From Lama glama (Eukaryota), in contig CM052816.1 in NCBI GenBank assembly GCA_028534125.1, forward strand, positions 68,636,001-68,700,000: DNA of 64,000 nucleotides. The letters run 5' to 3'. The position numbers and the translations under genes were made by a program. The notes beneath the pieces are model-generated. The model had not been told where the DNA came from, did not search any database, and saw only the letters and a list, made by a program, of their open reading frames with translations. Positions 35,120 through 47,107 of the stretch are shown piece after piece (the stretch's first letter is position 1; every line of letters begins with the position of its first letter).

Positions 35120-35345
35120 CACATTTACTGAGCACCTAATATGTGCCTTGGCACTGTGTTAGAATGTGCTACGTGTTCTAGACGTATCATCTCCTTTAAT
35201 CCTCATAACAAACCTAAGACGTAAGTACTGTTATTATCATTCCCCATCCTACAAATAAGGAAAATAGTGCACAGAAAGATTTAAGTAATTTGCCTAAGGA
35301 TAGTCAGTGAGCCTGGTTCCCGAGGCCAGGTATTTAATTACTACG
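35120..35345 (-). mobile_element. MIR
   Basis: acatttactgagcacctaatatgtgcc...tttaatcctcataacaaaccta...ttaagtaatttgcctaagg. Confidence 0.75.
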
Positions 35346-36033
35346 TTGTACTGCAGTCTTAATGTGTAGCAATTACTTTGAAGAAAGTAATTATACTTTA
35401 CTAAAATTTGTCTGGAGAGTGAAAATGTGTGCTGACTAGATCCAACATTTTCAAATTCTGATGGGCCTCAGAACCTCCTGGGGCATTTGTTAAACATAAT
35501 GAAACAATGCTTGGGTTCTGTCTTAGACCTGCATCCTAGAACAGAATATCTGGGGCTGGGGCTGGGCACTTGTATGTTTAAATAATGCCCCAGATAATGA
35601 TAATGTGCAAAGTCTGAGAAATATTGCCGTAGATTTTATAAAGGGTAGTGAAATTCATTATGGGAGAAACTCTGGAAGGGAAGGTGGCTCTGAGGGTTAG
35701 GAAGTTCTTAGAAATGCATTTCTGACTGATCTTAATGAGGAAGAAAAGCAGAGGAATTTTCCAATCAGGAGTATTCCCTAATATAGTCATTTAGAAGGGG
35801 ATAGCTTTTGTTGTTGTTTTCATTTGTCTGTTTTTGTTTTTGTCTTTTTTTAGTTTATGATATTTATTACTGGGATTGTTTACAGAAAAATCTTTTTTTC
35901 CCACTGTTAATTTAGGCATAAGAATAGGTGTCTCTTGTGACCTCCTTTTAGAACTTTTATTTTAAATACCATAAAACTGTCTATATCTGGGAAAACACTA
36001 GTATCAATTTTTTTTAAAGTACCTTATAAAGTA

Positions 36034-36246
36034 CAGTTGACCCTTGAACAGGTTTGAACTGCTCGGGTCCACTTAGACTTTGATTTTTTCACTAAATGCA
36101 TACTACAGCACTACACGATCTGATCCTGGTTTGGTAGAATGCTTGGATGTTGAACCTGGGACACGGAGGGTCGACGGTGAAGTTATTCTCGGATTTTTAG
36201 CTGAGAATCAGCTCCCATAACCCCTGCATTCTTCAAGGGTCAACTG
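36034..36246. mobile_element. Tigger2-derived MITE (MER8-like)
   Basis: Perfect 15-bp TIRs CAGTTGACCCTTGAA / TTCAAGGGTCAACTG with a TA duplication on both sides (36032-33 and 36247-48). Confidence 0.9.
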
Positions 36247-36845
36247 TAGTTCACATTACCGAGGACACAAAAAAGTACTTACAAAGTGGTGTCATGAATC
36301 TGTAAGAATAGTGGGAGGAAAATTAACCCTACTCCCCACCTCTACCCCCGATAAGCTTCAATTTGTGGGGGGAGCTAGAATAACAACAAAAAGGTTGGGG
36401 GGGCACAGCTTGACTCTCTCCTAAACTCTTATTTACTTTTCTTTTTTTGTTGTTGTTCATTTGTTTATTCAAGCAATTTAAAAAAAAAAACTGCATTTGA
36501 CTTTATTGCACCAAGTACAACTCCAGGAGCTGGGAATACAGAGCTGAAGAAGGCTTACTCCCTTTGCTTTCAGGAGGTGAGTTAGTCAGTCATATGAACA
36601 AGGATGAGGTTTAACAGACCACAAACTGGGGGTTATAAACAGAAAAGAAATTAGAAGATGAGTGAAGGGAGAATTTTAGTATAATTTCTAAAACAGCTGA
36701 AGTAGGTGGATTCTGATTAAAGACCAGTACCTGGATGGCAATCCTACTCAAGTTTTTTTTTAAAGAAAAATATATGTGCTGTCTTTAAGACTATAGATAT
36801 TTTATAGGTATTTAACTTCTGTATCTCTGGTTTTATATATAATTA

Positions 36846-36959
36846 TTTTTTAATTGGAGTATAGTCATTTACAATGTTGTGTTAGTTTCTTGTGTACAGC
36901 ATAGTGATTCAAATGACACAAATGAACTTACTTACAAAACAGAAACCAACTCACAGACA
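36846..36959 (-). mobile_element. Short L1 3' end with an inverted 5' piece
   Basis: 36846-36911 is an antisense L1 terminus; 36911-36959 is a sense piece from further upstream in the same 3' UTR (compare 17608-17650). Confidence 0.8.
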
Positions 36960-37746
36960 GGGTGATATATATTCTTAAGAGATTGTTAAAGAAATAATTT
37001 GTGAGCATCCTAGAGAAAGGAAGTGGTGATCACCTGTGCTAAGAACAAGTCACGGCAGACCAACCTCACTTCTTTGATATATTAGGGAACCATGGTAGAT
37101 TTTGGGTTCAGTGGGTGGTAGGGAAGCAGAAATAAAGGGTGTGGATTCACAGAAGTCTTTGTTTTTGTAAAGTATGTATTGTGTGTCTGCTTAAATCAGA
37201 CTTTTGCAAGGTTTGCACCTTTATTTTTGTATTTGATTATCACAATGAGCCTATTAAGGAAATATTGTTTTCCTAAAAAACAGTAAACTCAGGCCCTCCA
37301 AGCTTGACGTTGAAGGAGAGAAAGCCTTGGTGGAAGAATATCTTGGTGGAGCTGGTTTGCCCACCCACGAGGCCTCCAACTCTGATCCTAGAGATTCACA
37401 ACCTTTTATGGAGGTGAGTTACTCTCACAACTACTTTCTGCACATTTGTAAACTGGCTCAAGTGTAACAGAAGACTTTCCCCTTAATACTCTGAACAAAG
37501 CTGAAAAAGGGCTGGAAGCCATAAGCAAGATTTTAGAAAGGCAGAAGATAACAAAATGGAAATAAACACAGAAAATGACTTGAAACTAAATAATTTGATT
37601 TACAAAATAAGGTTTACTCATCTTGAGTTTAGAGACTACTGCAGAGATTATGACTTTCTTTCACTACTAGATTATTTGTTTTAAATGACATTTTCAGCAA
37701 TGTCACTATGTATTTTCAGTAATTTTTTTTGCCTTTCAACATACTT

Positions 37747-38480
37747 GTTTTTTTAAATTGAAGTATAGTATATTTATACTATTGTGTTAACTTCTGGAAT
37801 ACAGCATAGTGACTCATTTATACGTATTTATATTCCTTTCCATATTCTTTTTCATTATAGGCCACTATAAGGTATTGAGTATAGTTTCCTGTGCTATACA
37901 GTAGAACCTTGTTGTTTGTCTGTTCATATATAGTAGTATCTACAAATCCTGAACTCCCAATTTATCGCTCCCCACCCACTTTCTCCCCAGGTAACGATAA
38001 ATTTTCTATGTCTGTGAGTCTGTCTTTGTTTTTGTAAATAAGTTCATTTGCGTCTTTTTTTTTTTTTAAGATTCCACATATAAGTGATATCATGTGGTAT
38101 TTTTCTTTCTCTTTCTGGTTTACTTTACTTAGTATAATGATCTCCAGATCCACCCATGTTGCTGCAAATGGCATTATTTTATTCTTTTAAGGCTGAGTAG
38201 TATTGCATTTTTTTAATATATATATATATATTAAAAAATATATATATACACACACACCACAACTTCTTTATCTAGCCATCTGTTGATGGATACTAAAGTT
38301 GCTTCCATATCTTGGCTATTGTAAATACTGCTGCTGTGAACACTGGGGTGCATGTATCTTTTCAAATTAAAGTTTCCTCCGAATATACGCCCGGGAGTGG
38401 GATTGCTGGATCATAGTGTAAGTCTATTTTCAGTTTGTTGAGCAATCTCCATACTGTTTTCCATAATGGCTGTACCACAG
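37747..38480 (-). mobile_element. L1 3' end (ORF2 C-terminus and 3' UTR)
   Basis: Encodes PFAATWVDLEIIILSKVNQKEKEKYHMISLICGI; TSD acatactt at 37739-37746 and 38481-38488. Confidence 0.9.
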
Positions 38481-39094
38481 ACATACTTTTAAGCTACAAA
38501 CTGTTATAACCTACCTCCTAGAACCTTATCTTCTACATGTCCTCAATGTGAGTTCCTTGTTTCACAGCCTTTAGTACTCAAAGACTTCAGAATAGGTCAT
38601 TTGTTTTGCCTCTATGCTCAAACCAGTCTGCAGTCTTCAAAGTCCATTCTAGCTACACAAATTGTTTTATTCAGGGCTTTGTGGTTTCAAGGATCAGACA
38701 TTCAATGAAGTTAGCGCAAGTAAAAGGTTTTCTTAGAATAGTATGGCATTTGATTTCTCAGAAGTAGTAATCAAAGTACTCATGAATCTTGTATCAGTTG
38801 TGACCTTGAGGCTTAAGCAATTTTTTTCCCCCTCACCTCAGAAGAAATCTGGAGGTAGCCAAGTTGCTGGTTGTTTTAGTAGCTCAAGATCATAAAGACC
38901 AGTGATGATACTCTTCTTGGACTTTCCCTCATGATCACAAGGTGGCTGCTGCAAATCTAAATATGATGTTCATGTTCAAGGAAGGTAGAAAGAGAAGAGA
39001 AGGGAAGCCAGGCTTTTCCTTTCTCACAAATCTGCCAATAGACTTCTGCTTACATTACATTTACAATAACTCTGTCATATAGCTGCTCATAAAG

Positions 39095-40030
39095 GAAGTG
39101 AAATGACAAGCCACACATTGGGAGGAAAATTTACAACACAATGAATTGCTACTGAGAATATACAAAGAATTCCTATAGTTTGATAAAAATAAGAAAAACA
39201 ACTTAATGGAAAAGGAGGAAAAAAATGTGAATAGGCAATTGACAGAAGAGGAAATAATTTTGGTGAATAAATTTAGGAAAAGCTGCCCAAGCACATTAGT
39301 GATCAGGAAAATGCAAATTAAGACTACATTGATATATGCGTTATAGCCACTAAGTTACCAAAAATTAAGAAATATAAAAACATTGTGTTGATGTAAATGT
39401 GGAGTCTTATCCACCACTGGTGGGGGTTGGGTAAAATAATATAACTACTTAGGAACACAATCTGGGATTACCTAGTGAAGTTGGATGTTCGTGTACCCCA
39501 TGATGCAGCACTTCCATAGCCAGCAATTTCACACAGGAGACACATACATGAATGTTTGCAGCCTTATTTGTAATAGCAAAAATGGAAATAACCCAGATGG
39601 CCATTGTCAGAAGACTGAAGAAAATTATATACTCATAGGATACACCTACAACAACTGCAGCAACATGAATGGGTATAAGAAATACAAGTAAAAAAAACCA
39701 AGGGCAGAAAACTACATATAGGGCATAAAGTTTTTAAAAGATAAAATACAAGAAGGCTAAATAATATATATTTTTTGAGATACATACACATGTGGCTTTG
39801 TGTTTTTCCACATGGAAAAAAGCAAGGAAAAGATACACACAAAATTCAGGATAGTGGTTATCTCTCCTGAAGCAGGGAACAAGAAAGGGATTGAACACAC
39901 AGGTAGGTTCAGTGATACCACAATGCTCTAAGTATTAAGTTGAGAGTGGATTCACAGGTGCTTATTATTATCCTTCATAACTTATATAATATATATAGTT
40001 ATGTATCAAACATTACATAATAAAAAACTT
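39095..40030 (+). mobile_element. Old L1ME-like fragment
   Basis: cattagtgatcaggaaaatgcaaattaagactaca...aaattcaggatagtggtta. Confidence 0.65.
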
Positions 40031-41802
40031 TCATAAGGTAAGAAACAAACAGCTTTGACAACAAGGGTAAAAGGGTTGTAATATTCCATATTGTGAAATT
40101 TTCAGGGAGGGGAGCACATGCACTAGGGAACCAGACATTTTTATTTCTAATTATTTTAGTTTACAGTGCTTTTTGAAAATAATAAAAACTATATTTGCTT
40201 CAGTCCAGGTGGGGGTAAAGGACATAAGCACATACAAACACAAATACTCTAAGGGAATTTATTCTTACTACTTTGCAGAAACTTTACGAGATGAAAAAGT
40301 AGTTGAGGCAAGAAGCAAGCACTGTTAGAACAGAGAGAGGGAGACTTACCAATAACACTGTTAAAGAACAGCAGTGCAAGTCGAGGAATAGGGACAGATG
40401 TGACAATTTTAAAGAATTTAAAGAGAAATTGAAATGGAGGATATAGATCACAGTCTCCTTTTCAAAATGCTTAATAATAAAAGAAGAGAGGAAATTAGTT
40501 TCTCTCTTCTTCAGAAAGTTTTCAGGACCACACTTCCCAAGCCCACTCTGTTTTGCTTTTATGTTTGATGACTGTGTTACAGAGAGAAAAATACAGGCCA
40601 CAGGACAAACTTTGTTAAGCATTTAAGAAAACCTCTAAGGTTTCATGTCCGATCTAGGGACATACTAGTACCTACCCCCAAGGGGGTGTTAATGGGATCA
40701 CCGTATAATCAGTGTTTCCTTTTTTATTATTTTTGCCATCATTTCAAGGTTATTTAACCCACTTTCAATTCCAGTGATTACATTAGAATTCAATCATGGC
40801 AACAGACCAAAACAAACACCACTCCCTCCAAAAAAACGAACAAAGGCCCCCACCTCAAAATAAAATGACGTTTCTTAGTCATTCTCTGTTTAATTGAGGA
40901 CTTACTGCTTATAATCTGCATTTGGCACAGATCCTATTTAAAATTACAGGGCATGACAATGCATTTTAATGGACTTTGATTTGCTGATCTATTTTTAAAG
41001 CCATTATCTGTGTCTCCTCCAAAGGTCAAAATATCTGTTACTGTATCAACTGTTTTCTTCATTAACTTCTCACCTAAGAAAATGGCTTGTTGGTGTCAGA
41101 GGGGGACAAGAAAGTACAACATAACTATCACTTTCCTGTAAAGTGTTTTCAGAGCTCCCAGGTGAACTGCCCCTCCCCGCCCCTTAACTGCTTTGTGTCT
41201 TCTGTACATCAACACACTTCTATCACAATATTCATTCAATTGCATGCCTCATACATACCACAAGTAATTTCAATTGATTGTGTCCTCACAATCTGGGGTC
41301 CCTGTAACTCTGGAAGTAAGGGAAGTCACAGAATAAATAATGGCACATCTTTCTTAGGTACAAATTGTTTAAAGCTTTTAAAAGATATTCAAACAAAAGG
41401 TGAAATCCAACTGTTCACATTCCTTTTAAAGAAAAATATGCTTCTTCACATACATTTTTTTGCTTGTAGGGTTCACTTGGGGCTAGATTTTAAGACTCCC
41501 TGAGGGTGATGTTATCTCTTTGCTGGTTTTATGATTGATTTTACAGGAAAAGTCTGAGAATAGGTACAGTTTTCAATTTGCCTCACATCTTCGATAAAGA
41601 AGGTAAAATATGAATGAGGAGGAAAGATACCAATCCTTAACATCTCTAGAGGGTTTAACCTTTTATAAAATACTTTGATATTATTTTTTCCCAGGCTTCA
41701 TTGCTTCTTGACTATAACACATAGCAGGGATTATCAACACCCCAATTTTACAGATTAGGAAACTGAGATTACTAAATTTTGCTAGGGTCCTCTTGGAATC
41801 AG

Positions 41803-42247
41803 TGTTAAGAGGAATAAAGAAAACTCATTCTGACACTTGTTAAAATGGTGAGGAAGACTTTACTCAAAACCATTGCAATAGGGGGTCAGAACTTGTAACA
41901 GGAGAAAGAAATTGTGCTCAACTTTGAATAAGCAGACAGCTGGGAATTTATTATAGCCAAGAAACAAGCAGAGTGAAGGGGTTAGTGGATGAAAAATTAC
42001 TGAAGAACCATTAAGGACAGGGGAATTCTTGGCTAAAGGCAGGCCACAGACTTACATATCAAAGGATTTATACATAAGGAATTTGATCATATGGGTAACC
42101 AGGTATCAAAGGTGCAGGTATGACTTAGCAGAACTCACGCAAATATGAGGCTCTGCCAGGCCATGTTTGAAGGCCTACACGGAGGCCTAGGCGAGAAGAG
42201 GGCTCGGACGAGCCCGACTAAAGTTTGGACAAGGGGAGAGTCTGTCA
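41803..42247 (-). mobile_element. ERV1 solo LTR (MER31/MER67-like) next to the PLPP1 promoter
   Basis: Minus strand begins tgacagactctccccttgtccaaactttagtcgggctc and ends cagaatgagttttctttattcctcttaaca; TG...CA termini. Confidence 0.75.
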
Positions 42248-42705
42248 CTGACCACCCCGTTTCTCTTTATTACCCAATCCCATGGATGAGGAGAGCGGGC
42301 AGGCAGCCGGGTCGGGGCCTGGCACTTCTTCCGAGTCAGCAACGACCGGCGGCCGGAGATGAAGAGGCTGGGTTCAGCGTTCGCCAGCAGAACGCGGGTC
42401 GGGGAAATGTCCCTGGCACCGCACCGGAGGTGCCCCCACGCTCCGCCCGTCCGACGGGCGTCCCACTTCAGGGGCTGACTCTGCAGGTCGGGCGGGGCTG
42501 TAGGCGCCGATTGGCTGGAGTGCCCGGGCCTGGGGTTTCCCCGGCCCCGCCCCGTCGCCCCTCACTGGCCGCCCCGCCTCTGCCGCGCTCTCTCAGCCCG
42601 CGAGGCCGCGCGCTGGCCGGTCCCGCGCTGTCCGCGGGAGGGGCCGAGCCCGTGTTCCTCCTCCCTACCGGTCCCCATCCTTAAAGCACGAGTCCAGACG
42701 CCCCG

Positions 42706-43002
42706 CCTGTTGGAGAGGGCGCCTGGATCTGGACAGCGAACAGCCGGCCGGGGCGGGCCAGGGCCGACCGAGGAGGGCCTGAGGCGACGGAGCAGCTGCG
42801 GCTGGCAGACGAGCGTCTCGGCCCGGACTGAGTGGTTGCGGGAGCTGCGAGGGGAGGGGTCGCGGGCGCCATTGCTGCTCGTCAGAGCGCCGCTGGGCCC
42901 CCGTCAGCCCTCGGCTGCTCTACCCGGGCTGGGAGGAGCCGTCGCCAGTCCCTGACCGGGTCTTGTGAGTCGGGTGCCTAGTCTGCCGCCGGCGCCGAGA
43001 CC
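42706..43002 (+). other. PLPP1: Probable PLPP1 5' UTR (exon 1; TSS approximate)
   Basis: GC-rich, no upstream ATG, ends in gagaccATG; resembles the human PLPP1 5' UTR as I recall it. Confidence 0.6.
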
Positions 43003-43060
43003 ATGTTTGACAAGACGCGGCTGCCGTACGTGGCCCTCGATTTGCTCTGCGTGTTGCTGG
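43003..43060 (+). CDS. PLPP1: PLPP1 (PPAP2A/LPP1) phospholipid phosphatase 1, first coding exon (partial CDS; gene continues beyond the window)
   Basis: ATG in Kozak context (A at -3) translates [19 protein letters not shown] + G, matching the PLPP1 N-terminus [20 protein letters not shown]; phase-1 donor TGG|GTACGT at 43061; too short for the ORF track. Confidence 0.96.
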
Positions 43061-46000
43061 GTACGTACGCGCCACCGGCCCGAGGGGCGTGTGCGCGCGA
43101 GCCCCGGGGTCGGGTGCACCGGTGGGTGCGGGCGTGTGTCCGCTAGGAGGGACTCGGAGAGGGCCGCGGTCGGGCGTGGGGGGTGTGTGCCTGACGCGCC
43201 AGGCTTGCGGGGCGAGATGCTGGGGGCGGCTTCCGCAGCCCGGGGACCCCGCTTGGCAGCCTGCACCCCGGCTCCCGTGTGGCCGCCACTTCATGCCTGT
43301 CGCCCGCCGGTCCGCTGAGCCCACTCTGCTTGGACCCTGTTCACGCCTCTGCGCTCCATCCCTTGCTGTGCTGTCCTCTGTTTCCCGTTTCACTCCCAGC
43401 CCAGAGGGTGGGCTCCTCCCCTCTCTGCTGCAGCGAAGCCTGGTCACTGGCTCATCAGGTTCAGTAGTGAAACCGGAGGTTTGATGCACTCGGGGTTCTC
43501 AGTAACAGGCGCCAGTGCCTGGTTTATCTTACTTGTGGGAAGCAGTTTAATTTTTTGTCTATAAAAGGCTAGAATGTGCCTAATTAGAAGGTGTTACCAG
43601 GTTGTAAATTGTCAGGCTGTAAGTGGGTGTGAGGATGCCAGGTTTCTGCCTGTAGGACTCAAGAAGGTTGCTTTTTTTGAGGTGGGGGAGGGATGGTGTG
43701 CCCCAGACCTACTGTTTCCTTCTCTCCGCAGACCTTGCCATGGTGTAGCTTTCCATCTCCTGTGAGAGCCCACAAAGAGCACTAGACATTTCTCTGGCTG
43801 CAGCAAATTTGGTGTTGTCTTTCCAATGGAAGAGTTCAGCAGTGGGGTTTCTGGTTGCCAGTTGCTCCTTTCTTTTGGCGAGAAAGAATTGAAGTCATCT
43901 GGATAAGGGATGGGCATTGGAAGGAGAGACTTTCACCCTTTCTATATGTGTTGTGTAAGGCAGTATCTTTGAACTACTTATATGTTACGGAAAGAACGGC
44001 AAGAAGACCTGTTTGAGGTTTGGATAGTCCTACTCATGTTTAAGTATTTAAGTAATGGTATTGGCAAGTTCTCAGGGTTGGAGAGCTGTGACTTCAGCAT
44101 CCTAGATGCAGATCTGCATAATGGCTTTTCAATGATAGATTTCCCCCGGTTTTAATCCAGTATTCCACTTTCCTACCTCAAACCTGACCATTTAGGTGCT
44201 TGCAGTCTTGCTGGAGTTTTATAAATTCTTTTCTTTGTTTTTTTGATCAGAAAAATCTCTTCTTTTTTCAATTTATGGAGCATCTCTATTGTTTACCAAG
44301 ACACTTCCTGTATAGCTCCACAGTGAATTTTAGGAATTCAGTTTAGGAAAGGGAAACACAATTTTGGAACATTATTTTTATAGAAACACAAATAATCCTT
44401 TAAGATACCTGGACATACTAATAATATTACACTAAAATATATTCAAATTTATTTATTTGCAATGAAAAGCATGCCTTTGGTAAAGATATATTTTAAAATG
44501 TATTTTAACTTGTACTTAGTGTTAGTGGAGCTTTATTAAACTTTATATTTTAGTGAAGGGAGAGGAAAATTCAGTCAGAAGTAATTTTGATAATTCTAAT
44601 ATATATTACCTGTCATTGCCACATATTGTGTACTGTCAGGATTGTATACAAACTTCTTTTCCTACCTTGTGGAGTTACTAATGTATAAAACAAACATCAT
44701 GTTTTCTCTTTGGGACAAGCACTGTACTAGGACAGATGAAACATAATACTGCTCTCAGGTAGCTGAAAATAGTATTGAACACAAAGTCATAGGGTGGATC
44801 TATGTTTTGTTTTGTTTTAATTTATGTATAATGGGGGAGCCTATATGCAGTGCAGCTTTATAAATTGTTGGTTCTTATAGTCTATATTTTCAATATGATG
44901 CAAACATCACATAATTGCCCTATAGAGGTAAGAGTAATATTGCTACGTTGACCTGATGGTTGCAGGATTTATGATGGCTCTGAAAAAAGATGAAATTGTG
45001 TTTACAATTTTAAATATCTTTGATGGTTTTGGAAAAATCTTGTTTTGGGGACTTACGCATTAAGTATGTTTTAGGAAAAGATAAGTGATCTATTTGAAAC
45101 ACATTTTATCTGTTTTTGTATTGCTAGAGTTTTAAAGTAATTCAGTGAATTGTCAAGATAAGTCCAGAATTCCCTTTTCCTCAAAAGAAAATGAAGTACT
45201 GACTTATTTTAAATTGATATATAAAATGACATTAGATTTAACAACATTGGATTTCCAAAATACAAACAGCAATGGAGAACAGTGGTGCTAGAAATACAAA
45301 ACTTTTCATGCTGAGTTTTGGGTGATAATATATTTTTATAGCAAACTTACCTTTAGTGGAGTCTAAGGATCATTGTAAATTTGATTTTTATTCATCTTAC
45401 TGACAGCAGGAGATTGGCAGCCTAAAATCGCTCAAAGAGGGTTATCTACTTACTTGACATTAACTTTTTTCTTTTTCTGTGGCGAACTACAGGTAAGAGT
45501 AGACTATACCAACAAAAAGATGATTAAGCACTTTATAAGTATAGGGTTATGTAAAAGTGATTCATAATTATAATGTGACTATATTTCAGGTTCTGTTAAT
45601 GATCACTCCAACATTATACAGTGAATCCATTTAATATGACGATGTTATGTGATTGTGTTATATGGCTACTTTATAATTTCACAGAGGGTGATGTCTGTTG
45701 TACCGATAAACATGCCTTTGTGTGTGTTTGTGTATCTGTGTATGTGTGCTCACACCAGCATTTCTACCCCTAAGTCAATATCATCATCACTGTGAAACTT
45801 GAATTCCTCTATGTAATATAACCAGATTATTAGTTCCTTCTGTGAATCTGGTCAATTCTTGGAAAAAAGAGTGAGAGTTTTGAACAGTGATGTTTATTTG
45901 ATTCCTTTCTAAGATGGACCATAGTCTTGCTATCTTTCTCTACCTCTTTTGATGATGAGTTCTGTGATTGTAGAAAAGGCCATAAATATCATCTGAGCAC

Positions 46001-46639
46001 ACAAGAAAGCTGCTCTACAGAGAATGATGGTGGACTGATATGAAAGGAACTGTGTTTTTGGTCAGTGTGGTAAACTATGGCCTGAATAAAACTTATTAGT
46101 GTCTAATTGCTGATGGTCATTTTAGATTTTATCTACTCTGGCATCAGGCTGCCAGTGAATGAACATTGTGTCCACTAATGGATTCAGTGCACATTGAAGG
46201 TTAACTCTGTGCTAAGTCCATGTTAGGTGCTAGGGATAAAAAGATGAGTAAGACAATCCCTGCCCAGAAGAAGCTTAGGGTCTGATAAGGGAGAACAGAT
46301 AAACAAAAGGTTACAATACAACATTGTAAGTGTAATAATGAAGGTATGGAATATTGCAGAGAAGGGAGTTGTCTTAGATCTGATCCATTATAGATAAATG
46401 GGTTATGTGTTTCCCCTTAGAGATACAGAAATGAGAAAAGTTACCTGGGATACTCTTAGAATCTTTTTTTTTTTTCCTTCCCCAACTTGAAATAGGGCCA
46501 TGGGAACCCAAGTAAGTACTTCTGTTTATAACTTTTTTTGGAGGTATATACCATGATGCCTAGAAGATTAAGGTGGAACAGGCAAAGCCTTTTTATGTGC
46601 TTGTGTTTTGCTAGGTGGCAGTCATTTGGAATACCTCTC

Positions 46640-47107
46640 TGTACTGCATATTCTCCTTTTGCCCTTCCATATCCTTTTTCCATCCTGCTTTATGCTCTGG
46701 GAGGCTCTTCTATGGGCTGCATCAGCTGGGCTCTTCTCTTTTGTTTCTGGTTGGCTTTGACCAATGGGACAACAGCAGGAGGAAGCTGGCTCTTCCAGGC
46801 CTCCTGCTGGATTTGTGTTGCAAGAGCTGTTCTGTGCTTTGTGAGTAGGTCATAGCTTCTGTTCAGTGGCCCTCTCTGCCAGGCAGCTACAGTTACAGAT
46901 CTTTCTGGGTTCTGGTAACCCTGGACTTATGCCTTTACACCTAGAGATGATAATGGCTTCCTGATATTTCTGGCCTGGGAGTATTCCACCATCCCTTGCT
47001 GCTTACCTAAACCCTACCTATACTTTTGAAGATTGTTCCTTCATTAAATTCTCTTGAATATCTTATTTGAATGTGCTGTTTTTTGCCTGGACTCTATTGG
47101 TAATGCT
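46640..47107 (+). mobile_element. ERVL solo LTR (LTR33-like)
   Basis: tgtactgcat...ctctgggaggct...tatgggctgcatca...cattaaattctcttgaata...tttgaatgtgctg. Confidence 0.65.

Larger units (their letters stand above)
42290..43330. promoter_or_regulatory. PLPP1: CpG island / PLPP1 promoter
   Basis: About 1 kb of very GC- and CpG-rich DNA in an AT-rich window; GC boxes at 42490-42498, 42544-42553 and 42571-42580; inverted CCAAT box (ATTGG) at 42510-42514; spans exon 1. Confidence 0.92.

Noticed and set aside
41087..41503. 138-aa ORF upstream of the promoter
   Set aside because: Non-ATG start, no recognisable domain, composition typical of non-coding DNA
42145..43489. Overlapping 60-190 aa ORFs on both strands
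   Set aside because: Pro/Arg/Gly/Ala-rich frames expected from stop-codon scarcity in a CpG island; the real coding segment is 43003-43060
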